Under the pieces are notes generated by a model. The model ran no database searches and was not told where the DNA came from. It was given only the letters and a program-made list of their open reading frames with translations. Of a stretch of DNA of 64,000 bases, positions 12,288 to 25,744 are shown one piece after another. Every line of letters starts with the position of its first letter. The stretch's first letter is position 1. Source of the stretch: Chiloscyllium plagiosum (taxonomy: Eukaryota); the NCBI RefSeq assembly GCF_004010195.1, contig NC_057748.1, forward strand, positions 16,457,829-16,521,828, read 5' to 3'. The position numbers were made by a program, and so were the translations under genes.

Positions 12288-12793
12288 CTGCTATAGGAAA
12301 GATGTTGTGGAACTTGAAAGGGTTCAGAAAAGACTTACAAGGAGGTTGCCAGGGTTGGGGGATTTGAGCTATAGGGAGAGGCTGAACAGGCTGGGGCTGT
12401 TTTCCCTGGAGCGTCGGAGGCTGAGGGGTGACCTTATAGAGGTTTACAAAATTTTGAGGGGCAGGGATAGGATAAATAGACAAAGTCTTTTCCCTGGGGT
12501 GGGGGAGTCCAGAACTGGAGGGCATAGGTTTAGTGTGAGAGGGGAAAGGTATACAAAAGACCTAAGGAGCAACTTTTTCACACAGAGGGTGGTACGTGTA
12601 TGGAATGAGCTGCCAGAGGAAGTGGTGGAGGCTAGTACTATTGTAACATTTAAAAGGCATTTGGATGGGTATATGAATAGGAAGGGTTTGGAGGGATATG
12701 GGCCGGGTGCTGGCAGGTGGGACCAGATTGGGTTGGGATACCAGGTCAGCATGGACAGGTTGGACCTAAGACTGTACATCTCTAAGACTCTAT
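12288..12793 (+). mobile_element. CR1 LINE 3' fragment
   Basis: LERVQKR..RLGLFSLERRRLRGDLIEVYK..NFFTQRVVRVWNELP. Confidence 0.88.
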
Positions 12794-13847
12794 AATCAGT
12801 GATGTTTTGGTAATGCCACTGGCCTATTAATTGAGAAACCTAAACTAAAACACTGGGAATATGGGTCAAATCCCACCATGGCAGACAGTGATTTTGTTTT
12901 TAAAATCTTGAATTAAAAAGATACGTCTTGAATGGTGTAAAAAACAATGTGTTTCACTAATTCAGAAGTCACATGACACCAGGATATAGTTCAAAAGCAG
13001 CTCTGAAAGTTTGTGATTTTAAATAAATTTGTTGGACTATAACCTGGTGTCATGTGACTTCTGATCTTGTCCACCGCAGTCCAACATGGGCATCTCCACA
13101 TTATGGTTCACTAATGACCTGGAGGGAAGGAAATCTGCCACCGCTACCTGACCTGACCAATCTGTGACTCCAGATCCACAACGATGTGGTTGACTTCTGG
13201 GTCATAAGGAATGGGCATAAATGCTGGTCCTGCCAGTGACACCCATATCCCATGAACAGGTAATAAACAAAATTGTACTTTTCACACCCGCTGGTTGTCT
13301 TAAAGTGCTTTACAGCCAATGGAACACCTTCTGAAACATAGTCACTGCTATATTGTAAGAATCACAGTGGCTAATTTGTGTTTGGCAAAGTCCCCCAAAC
13401 AGCAACGTGGTAATCTGTTTCTTTTGTGAAGTTGGTTAAGGGTTGACTTTTGTCAGGGCATTGGGGAGAAACCATCTCTTCAAAAAAGCACCTGAGAGGG
13501 CAGATCGGGCCTCTGCTAAACATTGCATTCAAATGCTAATACCTCCAACTGTGTGGCACTCCTTCTGAACTGCACTCAATTATCAGCTGTGTTCCTTTGA
13601 ACAGGGATACGAATCCAAAACCATGTGATTCACGGGCAAACATGCAACCAATGATCCCCAGTTGACATGAAGTGAGATAGATGTGTTCTTAACATAGCTG
13701 ACAACATGGACTTGACAGGGTAAAGGGCTATGCTGTAGATCTCTATGACTCAGCTGTGAACCTGTATCATGGGTGGTGTTCCCTTTCTAAGCAAAGGAAC
13801 CAAAGTTGGAAATTAAAAATGGAAAGAACAGCAGATGTTATAAATCA

Positions 13848-14058
13848 GAAACAAAAACAGAAATTGCTGGAAAAGCTCAGCAGGTCTGGCAGCCTCTGTG
13901 GAGGGAAGTCATTGTTAACATTTGGGTCAAGTGACCCTTCTTCAAAACTTAGTATGTTCTGAGGAAGGGCCACTCAATCCGAAACGTTAACTCTGACTTC
14001 TCTCCACAGATGCTGCCAGACCTGATGAGCTCTTCCAGCAATTTCTGTTTTTGTTTCA
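13848..14058. mobile_element. Palindromic Penelope-derived element (third family), hammerhead-like core at 13956-13991
   Basis: Imperfect ~100-bp inverted arms. The + strand reads gtt-CTGAGGA-..-GAAAC-GTT-aac. Confidence 0.65.
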
Positions 14059-16085
14059 TACCTAGGCATTCCTCACTTACTTTAAGACCACAACAGTTGG
14101 TGTTTCCTCACTGTCGGTTTCCGCTCACAGTCCAAAGATGTGCAGTTTAGGTGGATTGGCCATGCTAAATTTCCCATACTGTCCAGAGATGTGCAGGCTA
14201 AGATTAACCCTGGGAAAGTGCAGGGTTACAGGGATGGTATGGGTCAGGGTGGGAAGATCTTTGGAAGGTCGGTGTGGACTTGATGGTTCGAATGGCCTAC
14301 AACACACTGCCAAAGACTTTAAACAAAAACGCTTATTTAATCATTTGGGGAGCAATATTAAAAACAACACTGCTCAGCCTGTTTCAAGTGAAAACTACAA
14401 CCATAAACCCAAGAGTTATTAATAAATCCAAAAGGGAATTCCAAGTGAAACATTTTTTACGAAGGGGTTGGTTAGCACAATGGTTTACTTCTTTTAATGA
14501 AGGAACCCCATAACTTATTGTGAAATTCTGTGAAGCCCCAACAGGCACTCCCTGCTACCTCCCAATGTCTATATTTTACAAAACAAGAATGAAAATGAAG
14601 TAGAGAGCCATCGAACAAATGATTATCTTTTATTACCAACATGAGTTAGGAGTGGGAGTAGGCAACATGGTCTCTAGAGCCTCCTCTGCCATTCTGTACA
14701 ATTTTAGCTGATCTGATAGACCTAGCTTCCCACCTACACATCTCCCTTGTTTGTCAGGAATCTATCCACTTCTGCCTTAAAGGTATTCAAAGCTCCACTT
14801 GCACTGCCTTTCAAGGAAGAGTGTTCCAAAAAATTGGTGAGAAAAAGATCTCACCCTATCTCTGTTTTAAATAGCCCCCACATTTTAAAACAGCGTCCTA
14901 GTTCTAGGTTCCCCACAGCAATATGCCAAGGATCCCCAGATAGTGCCTTTCAAACACATGACCACTGCAATCTGGGAATTTGAGGGCAGCCATTGCTTGG
15001 GAACACCAAATCTAAGATGGTGGCAGTTAGGATGTTTCAGTCAGAGCTCATCCACTCTCTCCGTTTCTTTCTATGTCTTTCTTTCTGTCTCTTTTTGTTT
15101 CTATCTGGGTGTTTCTTTTGTTCATTTCTTCACTCACGGCCTCAGCATTGGAGAGGCATTGTCTTGGCCCAGCCTATGGCAGTCCCTTGGTCCTGTCTCT
15201 TGGTGGCCTGTCGTGATCTCTTGGTGGCACAAGGTGGTCTTTTGGCCCAGCTTGGCGGTGTCTCAAACCGGTGTCTGGGCAGTCCGTGACAGTGTCTTGC
15301 CCTAGTCCCTCAGCCCCGGTGTGGCGGTTTCTCGGTGTGCAAGTGGGTCCTGCCTGGGCATGTTCCAGAGGCAGCAGGAGGAGTTCGGGGAGGCAGCAGC
15401 TGCAGCAACAGCAATGGCATTATAGCCCGCTGTGTGAGAAGGGCTCGAGGTGAAGGACGTTCCTGGTATCTGAGGTGACAACATTGAGAACAGGTAGCTG
15501 AGCTAAGTGGAGGGCTATCAAAGACTGTTGAACTTTTCACTTTTTTCCTTGATTTTTCTAATTTATATTAAGAAGCGCTTTAATGTTAACTATTACCTTT
15601 TAAAAAAATGTTTCTACTTATTTTATGAATGTAATGCTTGACTTTTTAATTTTGTTTCTTTTACTACTTTGAGCCCAAGATGGCACCATGTGTGGCGGCA
15701 TTATGCACTTTTCACTGTACTCCTGTACGTGAGTACACATGACAATAAAATCTAAATCTAAATCTACAAGGGTTCCTCCAGGCCATTTACCATTCTGACT
15801 TGGAAATATCTCACCGTTCCTCTGTGTTGTTGGTTCAAAACCGCAGAACTCCCTCCCTAACAGCACTGTGGGGCCACCTATTAAGAATGAACTGCAGCGG
15901 TTCAAGAAGGTTCAAAATACTTCACGGCCATCTTCTTAAGGGCAATATGGAGTAGGCAAACATATGCTGGCCAGACAGTGATTCTCACACCCACTGAAGA
16001 AATGTTATAAAGGAAAAGGAAACACCTTTCTCACGTTCACCAGACCATGATGCCTCAGGACTTGTCTTAATCACTGTCCATGTTA

Positions 16086-16575
16086 GCCATACCTCAATAT
16101 GCAGAGCCAATCAAAGTGACTATCGATATGTTGCCAGGTTTGGAGGGTATGAGCTGTAGGGAGAGGCTGAATAGGCTGGGTCTATGTTCCCTGGAGGGTC
16201 AGTGGCTAACAAAATCATGAGGGGCATTGATAGGGTAAACAGTCAAGGTCTTTTTCCCAGGGTAGGTGAGTCCAAAACTAGATGGAACAGGTTTAAGTTG
16301 AGGGGGGAAAGGATATTAAAGGAACCTAAGGAGCAACGTTTTCATGCAGAGGATGGAGTGTGTATCAAATGAACTGCTGGAGGAAATGGTGGAGCTGGTA
16401 CAATTACAACATTCAAAAGGCAGCTGGATGGTATATGAATAGGTAGGGTTTGGGGGGATATAGGTTAAATGCTGGCAAATGGGACTAGATTAGATTAGGA
16501 TATCTGGTCGGCATAGACAAATTGGACCAAATGGTCTGTTTCCGTGCTGTACAGCTCTATTGGTCTATGACTTTA
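16086..16575 (+). mobile_element. Internally deleted CR1 3' fragment with a ~45-nt foreign head
   Basis: CR1 3' sequence. An inverted twin lies at 18346-18813. Confidence 0.75.
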
Positions 16576-17596
16576 TGTTGCAATTAAATCGCCTCTTCCT
16601 CTTCTAAACTCAAAATGTACGAATAATGAAAAGTATTTCAAGATAAAAATGACCTGAAAATTGTACGTAATACTTTCGTTATGCTGGGGGATCCCTTAGG
16701 CTTCTGGGGACTCTGGCTGTATAACAGACTAGGCTAGATTATGAAACTGAATACCACAGCAAGCTGTTGAATAATGCCAAATGAATGCAAAAGAGGAAAT
16801 TGAAACACAGGCAGGCATGGCTGGTCTAGATCTGTCTCCAGAGAGTGAATTCCATGCCTGACAACTGGCATGTGAAGAGAATCCGTAACTCTGCATTTCA
16901 AAATTGACATGTTGACGATGCTCTGATCCCGTTTCTCTTTAAGAGCTCCAACTGTTGCAGAAACCTCTCTGCACTGCTGTAATTGCAAGTGCACTTTAGG
17001 AAGGTGGGGGACTTCTGAAGTGATGAGGAAGAGCTGTGGGAAGAGAGACAAGGAACACTGGGACAAGGAACTCCTTTTTCTTTTTATTCCTGGTGACTAT
17101 TTGGAAAACCCCTACAATTAATGACTGTTTCTGTTCCCACTGAGGAACTATCTTTAAGTGGGGAATTCCCATGGTCCGTAGAATGGAAAGAAATATCCTT
17201 TTTTTTTTGGCGGACGAGTGACAAGAGTTTCATTATTAAAGGTGCTGATATTATTTTTCATAGATTAGTTCAACACATGACAAGGCCATTGAGTAATCTG
17301 GTCTGCACTGGCTCTTTTCAGCTGTCTTTAATTCCACTCCAGTTTTCGCTCCTCATATCCCTGTGATTTTCTTTCTTTCAAAATTTATTTGTGGCAAAGC
17401 AATTGAATGTGCCTTCACCACATTCTTGGGCAGTGCATTTCAAATCCTGAACATTTTACTCCTGCCACCCCTGTTTCTTTTGCCCTTTGCACAATATCCA
17501 CACCCTCTGCTTACTGAGGCTCTAAACATTGATATCTGTTTCTCTTTGTGTACTCATGCAAAACCTCTCCTGATTTTAAGCATATATTCAGTCAGA

Positions 17597-18970
17597 GAGT
17601 CATACAGCACAGAGGCAGACCAATCAGTCCAATAGTCCGGGCCAGCTATATTCTCAAACTAAACTACTCCCACCTGCCTGTATTTGGCCCATATCTCTCC
17701 AAACATTTCTTATCCATGTATTTATCTAAGTCTCTTTTAAAAGTTGTAACAGTACCCACATGCACCACTTTCTCTAGAAGTTCATTCCTCACACATTTCA
17801 CTCTCTGTGTAAAACAATTGCCCCTAAAGTCTTTTTTAAATCTTTCCCCTCTTACCTTAAAAATATGCACTGTAGTATTGAAATCCCTCAGTCGAGGGAA
17901 AAGACACCTTATCTATACCTCTTATGATTTTATAAACCTCTATAAGGTCACCCAGCAACCTCCTATGCTCTGGTGAAAAAAGTCCCAGCCTATTCAGCCT
18001 CTTCTTATAACTCAAACACTTTATTCCCGGCAACATCCTGGTAAATCTCTTCTGAACCCTCTCCAGCTTAATAATATCCTATAATGGAGGGACAAGAACT
18101 ATTCACAGTATTCCAGAAGAGGCCTCACCAATGCTCTGTACAAGCTCAGTGTAAAGAGCCCAAATCCTAAAATCAGAGGTCTGAGCAATGAAGGCAAGCA
18201 TGCTAAATGCTAAATTCTTAGCCACCCTATCTATGTAACTGAACCCCTAAGTCTCTCTGTTCTACAACACTACCCAAGGCCCGGCTTCTAATTGTGTAAG
18301 CCTTGCCTTTGTTTGTTTTAGCAAAATGCAATTTCTTGCATTTAGTGTCATAGAGTCATAGAGATATACGGCATGGAACAGATCCTTCAGTCCAACGCAC
18401 CCATGCCGACCAGGTATCCTAAAGTAGTCTAGCCCCATTTGCCAGCACTTGGTTCATATCCCTCCAAACCTTTCTTATTTATATACCCATCCAGATGCCT
18501 TTTAAATGTTGCAATTGCACCAGCCTCCACCACTCCCTCTGGCAACTCATTCCATACACACACCACCCTCTGTGAAAAGATTGCTCCTTAGATCCCCTCA
18601 ACTTAAACCTGTTCCATCTAGTTTTGGACTCACCTACCCTGGGAAAAAGACCTTGACCGTTTACTCTATCAATGGCCCTCATGGTTCGTTAGCCACTGAC
18701 TCTCTAGGGAAAATAGACCCAGCCTATTCAGCCTCTCCCTACAGCTCAAACCCTCCAAACCTGGCAACATATCGATAGTCACCTTGATTGGCTTTGCATA
18801 TTGAGGTATGGCTTTTCAACCTCTCTCTATAGCTTAAATCCTCCAACCCCGGCAACGTCCTTGTAAATCTTTTCTGAACCGTTTCAAGTTTCACAACGTC
18901 CTTTCAATTCATCCAAATTAACCCATCTGTCACTCTCAGCCCTTTGACCCAATTGATCAAGATCTCTTTG
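17597..18970 (-). mobile_element. Cluster of CR1 3' fragments
   Basis: Repeated CR1 ORF2 C-terminal motifs on the - strand, with GTCATAGA tails. Confidence 0.8.
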
Positions 18971-18977
18971 TAATTTC

Positions 18978-19293
18978 ATAGAAACCCTACAGTGTGCAAA
19001 CAGGCCATTTGGCCCAACATGTCTGAAGAGTAACCCACCCAGACCCACTTCCCTACCCTAATGCTCTAGATTTACCCCTGACTAATGTACCTACCCTACA
19101 TATCCCTGAACACTACGGGCAACGTAGTATTGCCAAAACACCCTGACCTGCACATCTTTGGACTGTGGGAGGAAACCGGAGCACCCGGAGGAAACCCACA
19201 CAGACACGGGGAGATTGTGCAAACTCCACACAGATAGTCACCCGACACAGGAATTGAACATGGGTCCCTGGTGCTGTGACGCAGCAGTGCTAA
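18978..19293 (-). mobile_element. HE1-type V-SINE
   Basis: V-domain GGACTGTGGGAGGAAACCGGAGCACCCGGAGGAAACCCAC. Confidence 0.8.
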
Positions 19294-19388
19294 TCTTAGA
19301 TAACCTTGTTCACTGGGAACTATACTATCAATCTTGGTGTCATCTGCAAATTTACAAATCGCACTTTGTATATTCACCTCTAAAATAT

Positions 19389-19857
19389 TGTTGGAGAAAT
19401 TCCCCAGACTCAGACCTTGTGTATTGACAAACTTATTGCATGATATCACAGGGAGCACACCTTTCCTAACCTTCAAAGCACTCTAGATCACCACGGATTT
19501 AGATAGTCCAACAAATGCCAAGCTGAACCACAAGATAATCACTAGAGGGCCTACGTGGCTATACACCAGTCTAAGGTCATACCTTGCCTAGAACTGTACA
19601 TTAACGAGCTATTGTTCTCAGACCTCGAGTCAATGCACACTACATTCACATGCTGATAATGTTTGGCTAAGTTGTCCTTTCGCCTAGCAAGTGTCTACAG
19701 AGAAACAGTTCATGAGTTATGTGGAAAAAGCAGAAGCTATGTGGTTGATTCAGACTGTTCTAACAGGCCAGGGCAGGGGGCCAAGCCAAGCGAGATCAAA
19801 ATCATGACTGACTAAAAATGGCTGCAAACAGGCAGTCCAGCAAAAACAGCTCCCACA
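19389..19857 (-). repeat. ERV 3' LTR
   Basis: Aligns end to end with 27796-28289 (about 20 differences in a ~200-nt stretch I counted, plus two indels elsewhere). Preceded on the - strand by the PPT. Confidence 0.93.
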
Positions 19858-19870
19858 ATCCCTCCTTTTT
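19858..19870 (-). other. Polypurine tract
   Basis: AAAAAGGAGGGAT on the - strand, directly abutting the TG of the 3' LTR. Confidence 0.85.
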
Positions 19871-19961
19871 GATCATAAGATCAAAACAACAGGTCAGGAT
19901 TACCTGCATAAGGGGAATGTAGCCGAAGCCTGGGGTATTATCCGATGCTAGAAGCTCGGAA

Positions 19962-21520
19962 TCAAAGGGGTAACCCATCTGTATCAGAGTGAGGGATTTC
20001 AGCGAGGGGGATTGTGACCATCTGGGAAGTTAATGGGACTGAGGGTAGTAATAGCAAGCTAAAGTGTGCACAACACTGATTAAGGCAGATGAAATAATGA
20101 CAACAAATATAATGAGGTCCTGCTAGAGACCCATTTCTAAGGGACCGAACCATCCACTCATCCAGCTCCACAGATCCCAAGGGGAGCTCGTGTCAATGTG
20201 CTTGGAGGCAGCCTTCCAAATGTGATTGGCAAGGTTGGGAATGTTCTCACTTGAGTTTGGAATATAGCTGCAACATTCAGAGCCAGTGAGGGCACAAGTG
20301 TCCCCTTTCTGGGCTACTGGATAATCAAAGGCCAATCTGTTTTATAGGACGACAGTCTTGAGGGCTGCTATTTCCTCAAGAATTGAGGCCAATTTCCTGA
20401 CCTCCGTTGCCAGTAGAGTGGTCCTATAAGACCACTGTGTGAAGAGAATGGCCAAGAATTTCTCAGTGTCAGTTATAGCTCTCTTGGTGCGAGGCCAAGA
20501 CCATTGGAACAGGGAGGAATGTGAGTCATAAGTAAAGGGAACTACATACCCTAGATAGGAACTACCCAAGTCCAGGGTAGGCCTTATGGTCACAAATGAA
20601 ATAGGTGCCATTATAAGTTCTCAAGTAATTGGTTCCAGTCCAAAGACTTGTGAACTTGGCACTTGTAGTAGTCTTGTTGAGAACTTCAAGGTTCAGGATA
20701 CTCCCAGCAGAAGTGGATCAGTGCACGGACGGGGTAAGAAGCAGGGAATGGGTACATTTACTGGTCCCAGCATTCCAGCCTGACATGTGACTGCTTTTAA
20801 AGCAGATGGTTCCCATGGGTGTACTCTTTCCTGTGGTATTAGTGAGGACCAGAGCTGGGGGTGTATGCCAGAGGTTGTGGTGAAGCCGGAACCAACCCTT
20901 ACACTTTTCCATATTATAACCTGCGGACTCCCAAGGGAACCTATTATTGGTGGCAGAATTGGCCCTGTCAGGGTCTCGCATAAAAGGGTTGTGAGACTCC
21001 CAGGCAAACCTACCCCCCCCGCAGGTAGACATATCGGAGGACCTGTTTTGTTCCAACCACATTCAGCTATTTTAGATTCCTTAAATGGGATGGGTGTCAG
21101 GGGTTTCCTCTCTTAGAGTGTATGGGGATATGGGCGCATACCCAGCAGCTAGACTGGTTAACCTTCTGTGTGTAAGTGTAAATCATGTGAAGAAAAGTGT
21201 TGACATGAACTCCATTGTGACAGAGTTCATCATTCCATCTTCCCTGTACCCCTCATGCCCAGTCAGCATGAACAAGGCAATATCAAGATTAGAGTGGTGC
21301 TGGAAAAGCACAGCTGGTCAGGCAACATCCGAGAAGCAGGAAATTCGATGTCCTGATGAAGGGCTTTTTCCTGCTCCTCGGATGCTACCTGACCTGCTGT
21401 GCTTTTCCAGCATCACTCTAATCTTGACTCTGATCTCCAGCATCTGCAGTCCTCACTTTCGCCTTTGAACAAGGCAATGAGGAGCACAGAGACTGAAATG
21501 GCGATCAGTCTCTAAATATT
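19962..21520 (-). pseudogene. env: ERV env, gamma-type, disrupted
   Basis: Hydrophobic leader split by a TE. SU CWVC (21136-21147). Furin site RTKR (20480-20491). Immunosuppressive-domain-like L*NRLAFDY..AQKG. CX6CC CALTGSECC (20270-20296), Trp-rich MPER and hydrophobic anchor. End coordinates approximate. Confidence 0.9.
21282..21465. mobile_element. Palindromic Penelope-derived insertion in the ERV env leader
   Basis: Inverted arms and 13-bp TSD TGAACAAGGCAAT (21269-21281 / 21466-21478). Shared family 3' end TGATCTCCAGCATCTGCAGTCCTCACTTTC. Confidence 0.85.
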
Positions 21521-24500
21521 GTGGATGGCGGGTGAGCTGATGCCTCTGGCGTTTTCTGCTTGTGTCCCTCTGGGGATGGCGCTCTCTTGCAGCAGGTTCC
21601 ATGCGTCCACTCAGGTCTTCCCTTGACCTTGACAGCCATCCGGCTTACCAGGAGGACGAGGTACGGGCCTTTCCACCTTAGAGAAAGGGAGTTCTTTTCC
21701 AATGATTTTATCATGACATAGTCCCCAGGTTGGAAGGGATGCATTGGGTCATCACTAGGTGCGGGAATGGCCTCCATTATCCGATCATAGGTATGGGTAA
21801 TCATCTTACAGAGTGCTTTGACATAATCCAGAACAGCTTCCTGTGTCAAGAGTAATGCCGTATCCACTGGAAATTTTGTAGACATTGGTCTCCCTCTCAG
21901 GATCTCAAATGAGGTAAGTCCTGTGGTTATGTTGACCATGTTTCTTATGGTATGCAGGACAAAGAGTAGGCCTTCTGGCGAAGGTAGACCCGTGTACTGT
22001 AAGATCTTTGTCAGAGTGGCTTTAAGGATACCATTCATCCATTCCACCATGCCTGAGCACTGGGGCTGATAGGGAATATGACATTTCTACACAATGCCTA
22101 GTGCTTTAGTAAAATTGTCTGTGACTGCCACGGTAAAGTGAGTACCTCTGTCACTGTTAATGCTCCCGAGAATTCTAAACTTAGGGATCACACCCTTCGT
22201 GAGGCATTTGACCACTGTTCTAGCATCATCTTTCCTTGTGGGGAAGGCCTTTACTCATTTAGAAAACATGTTAACAACACCCAACATGTACTTTAATCAC
22301 TGTAGAGCTGGCACGTGAATGAAATCATTCTGTAAATGATTAAACGGCTAAAGGTTGAGCATTACTGTTCTGTAGACATATTAGATATTTTGATACTTGT
22401 GCTGCTGCTGCAAAGCCTGGTCGGTACCAAGTTTGTAGTACTGCATGGATCATCCCTTCTTCTCCTGCATGACCGACCCCATGAGCGGCCAGTGCAAGAA
22501 CATGCAAGTAGGCTTTAGGACAAATGAACCTTCCATCAGGATGCACCATTAGCCCTAAAGGGGATTCCTTAGTTCCTATGCACATCCAACTATTGTTCTG
22601 AGCTTGTGGAGTGTGTTGCTGTGTAGTCTGCATCCCCTCTACTAGATCTAAAACCTTTGTTGCTTCCCCTGTCTTTGGAGCTTGTAGAATCCTTTCAGTG
22701 GGAGCTAATGCTGCTCACCTAGCAGCTTGGTCAGCGCGAGCATTCCCTCAGGCGATTGGGTCATCAGTGACGGTAAGGGAGGTGCACTTTATTTCCGCTA
22801 CGGCGGAGGGGAGCATAATGGCCTGAAAAAGATTATTGATGAGAATGGGAAGGCTGCAAGGGCCTTTCAGAAGAGGCAATAAATCCTCTGTTTCCCAGGG
22901 TTCCAAAATCATATACCACTCCAAAGGCATGTCTGGAGTTGGTACAAATGTTAACAGACCTCTTGCCAGCAAGGACACAGGCTCTGGTAAGGGCAGCCAG
23001 TTCGGCTGCTTGCGCAGAAGTCCCTTTGGTGATCGGAGGGTCAAAAAGAGGAGCCGTCTGTGAAAAGGATCATGTCTGGGTTGTCTAATGGAGTTCCAGA
23101 GAGGTCGGGATGCAGGGGGACAACTTCTAGGACTACATGCAGACAATCACGATCCTCTGCCGGGGAATGCTGTGTAACAGGGAGAAGGGTGGCAGGGTTT
23201 AAAGTGGGGGCATGCTGAAGCTTAAGATTAGTGAGAGAAAACAGGATGACCTCATAGCCAGTTAGCCTTGATGCCGTAAAATGCTGAGTCACTGCTGAAT
23301 TAAGCAGCAGGGAAACCGAATGAGGAACAAAAACTGTACAAGGATAATCCAGCACAATAGGGGTGGACGTTTTTACCATTACAGCAGCAGCCACCACAAT
23401 GCGGATACAGGCCGGCATTCCCCTCATAACAGGTGGTATCTGTACAGGTTAATAGACAACAGGGCATCAGAGATCCCCACGCAGTTGTATTAGAAAGCCG
23501 GACGCATATCCCTCCTTTTCGTTAATATACAGCTGAAAAGGCAGCGTGTAATCGGGGATGACCAGAGCAGCTGCTGAGGTTAGGCACCGTTTAAGTTCCT
23601 TAAAGGCTTGGGCCATTTCAGGTGTTCAGTTCAGTGAGGTTTGGCGAGGATGCCTGGCAGAGAGGCGCATCAATAACTCAATAGACCGGTATCCAGTGTC
23701 TGCAGTAATTCACCCATGCCCAAAAAGGACAACAGCTCAGTTTGTGTAAGGGGAGGAGAAGGGTTAATGATGGCTGCAATGCGATCTTGAGACAGTGCTC
23801 TGAGACCGTGCACACATTTGTAGCCCAAATATTGTGCTGTGTTTTGGCAGAGTTGCATTTCTTCAACAGAGACCTTATATCCGTCCTGAGCCAGACGGTG
23901 TCGCAATGCAAGAGTATCACACACGAAGACATCAAGAGGCCACTAATAAATCATTGGCGTACTGAACCAAGGTGCTTTTACATGGCACTTGGAGGTCCTT
24001 CAGGGTCCGGTGTACCGCAGACGCATATACAGTGTGGCTCTCCGTGTATGCTTGGGGAAGCTGTGTCCGTGTATACTGGCGGCTGCCCTAAGTAAAGGCA
24101 AAAAGGTATCCAGTGATAGTTTAATGGAGAGAAAGGCCGAACCGAGACAGAAAAACTATTGGTAGCAGAAGGGAGGCTAGCAAGGATGGCATTGGTGTCT
24201 GGCACCACTGGGGAGCATGGTGGCACAGTGGTTAGCACTGCTGCCTCACAGCGCCAGAGACCCAGGTTCAATTCCCGCCTCAATGTGTGTGGAGTTTGCA
24301 CATTGTCCCTGTGTCTGCGTGGGTTTCCTCCAGGTGCTCCAAAAATGTGCAGGTTAGGTGAATTGGCCATGCTAAATTGCCCGTAGTGTTAGGTGAAGGG
24401 GTAAATGTAGGGGTATGGGTGGGTTGCTCTTTGGAGGGTCGGTGTGGACTTGTTGGGCCGAAGGGCCTGTTTCCACACTGTAAGTAATCTAAATCTAAAC

Positions 24501-25450
24501 AATGGCATTGACTGCCCTCAACTCCTGCACAAATCTCCACCATACTGGTTTTCCTGTATTAGGAATAGGGAGGATAGGAGTTTTGCAGAGGCTAATGGTA
24601 GGCACCAGGAGGCAATCAATAACTGGTTTTATACCTTCATTGGCAGCTGGTGACAAATTGTACTGTCTGATAGATGGTCTGATGCCCCCATGTTTCACAG
24701 TGACCGTATGAGGCGGAGTCATTGGAGTGCCGTGCCCATAATGATGGTGGCACATTATTGAGCAATAAGGGACTGTCATAGGAGGGGCAGAGTTGCAGGG
24801 TCTGCAAGGTAAACGTCATATCTTCAAATGAGGGAAAACAATGTAGACAAAACTCCTCCTCTCCAAAACAGGAAATCCGCATGGTGGTCGGGATCCACAG
24901 GGTCCAGGGGGTTTCAATTCCTTCAGCAGACTGCAGAGTCCGTGCACCATGGGTCCCAAATCCTTTGGGTGCCACGGGGCTTTAACAATGATTGAAACCA
25001 TGAGGAAATGAGGAGGGATTATATCGGAAAAGCGGTCTTTGTTCGGCATTGAGCTGAATGTCAGCAGTCATGGCGGCCTATAAAAGTGGAATCGGAGAGC
25101 TCCAAGGTGAGGCCCTGTGGAGAGCAATGAATGGAGGCATTAAGTTTGCAGACAGTCTAGTGGCTGAGAAGGGCCACCGGGCAGGAAAGGGAGATTATAA
25201 CAGTGTTGGGGACCGCCGATGGACCAATGACAATAGGAATGTGGAGGGGTAGAAAGACAATCAACCATGGGCAGACCAGAGACACCCACGGTGGAAACTG
25301 TGTCAGAGCTGAGAGGAAGGGCCGCTGAAGGAGGCGCTGGGTAGCTCCAGAGCCCACCAAAACCGAGACAATATGACCCCTCATCTCAACCCCTCATCTC
25401 AATATGACCCCTCATCTCTGACAGGTAATGGGAGAATCGTATTGAGATGA
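21505..25450 (-). pseudogene. pol: ERV pro-pol (protease, 2H-like segment, RT, RNase H, integrase), disrupted
   Basis: Protease LV(G)SGAT and CPVALL. RT motifs RQY-L, WRFVQELRAVN, LPQAYTES, and QYANDLLVA (decayed YxDD, 23950-23961). Tether LNPATLLP, RNase H FTDGSS. Integrase SDRGTHFT, GMVE-MNG-LK and RWKGPY. Many stops and frameshifts, and a SINE insertion. Confidence 0.92.
24210..24499 (+). mobile_element. HE1-type V-SINE inserted into ERV RT
   Basis: Same SINE sequence. Splits RT between RAVNAIV and PVVPDTNAIL. Confidence 0.88.
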
Positions 25451-25744
25451 CCTGCAAAATCTTCCTTATGCAGCAGCTCGAGACATTAGGGATGTGGGGA
25501 AAAGGGTCGTGAAGAGTACACATGGCCTGTCGTGGCTGTCGTGGGGGTGGGTAAGCCTCTTTTTCCTTCTTGTAATCGAAAAGACCCTGTCGATCCATAT
25601 TGGTAAGGGCAGTGAGGAGGGGATCCCAGTTCATCTGCCAGTTGAGGTTATAGGATTTGAAGGTCTGGGCGCGATGGGGCTCCGGCAGTTGACAGAAGTT
25701 TGGACCGCTGAACAATCATTGTCTGAGAGAGGTATGCCTGCAGA

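Noticed and set aside
16734-17066. 110-aa - strand ORF as a processed pseudogene
   Set aside because: No recognisable motif, splice signals or poly(A)/TSD.
19962-21520. env as a co-opted syncytin-like gene
   Set aside because: It has multiple stops and frameshifts, a TE in the leader and an apparent deletion in the TM heptad region.
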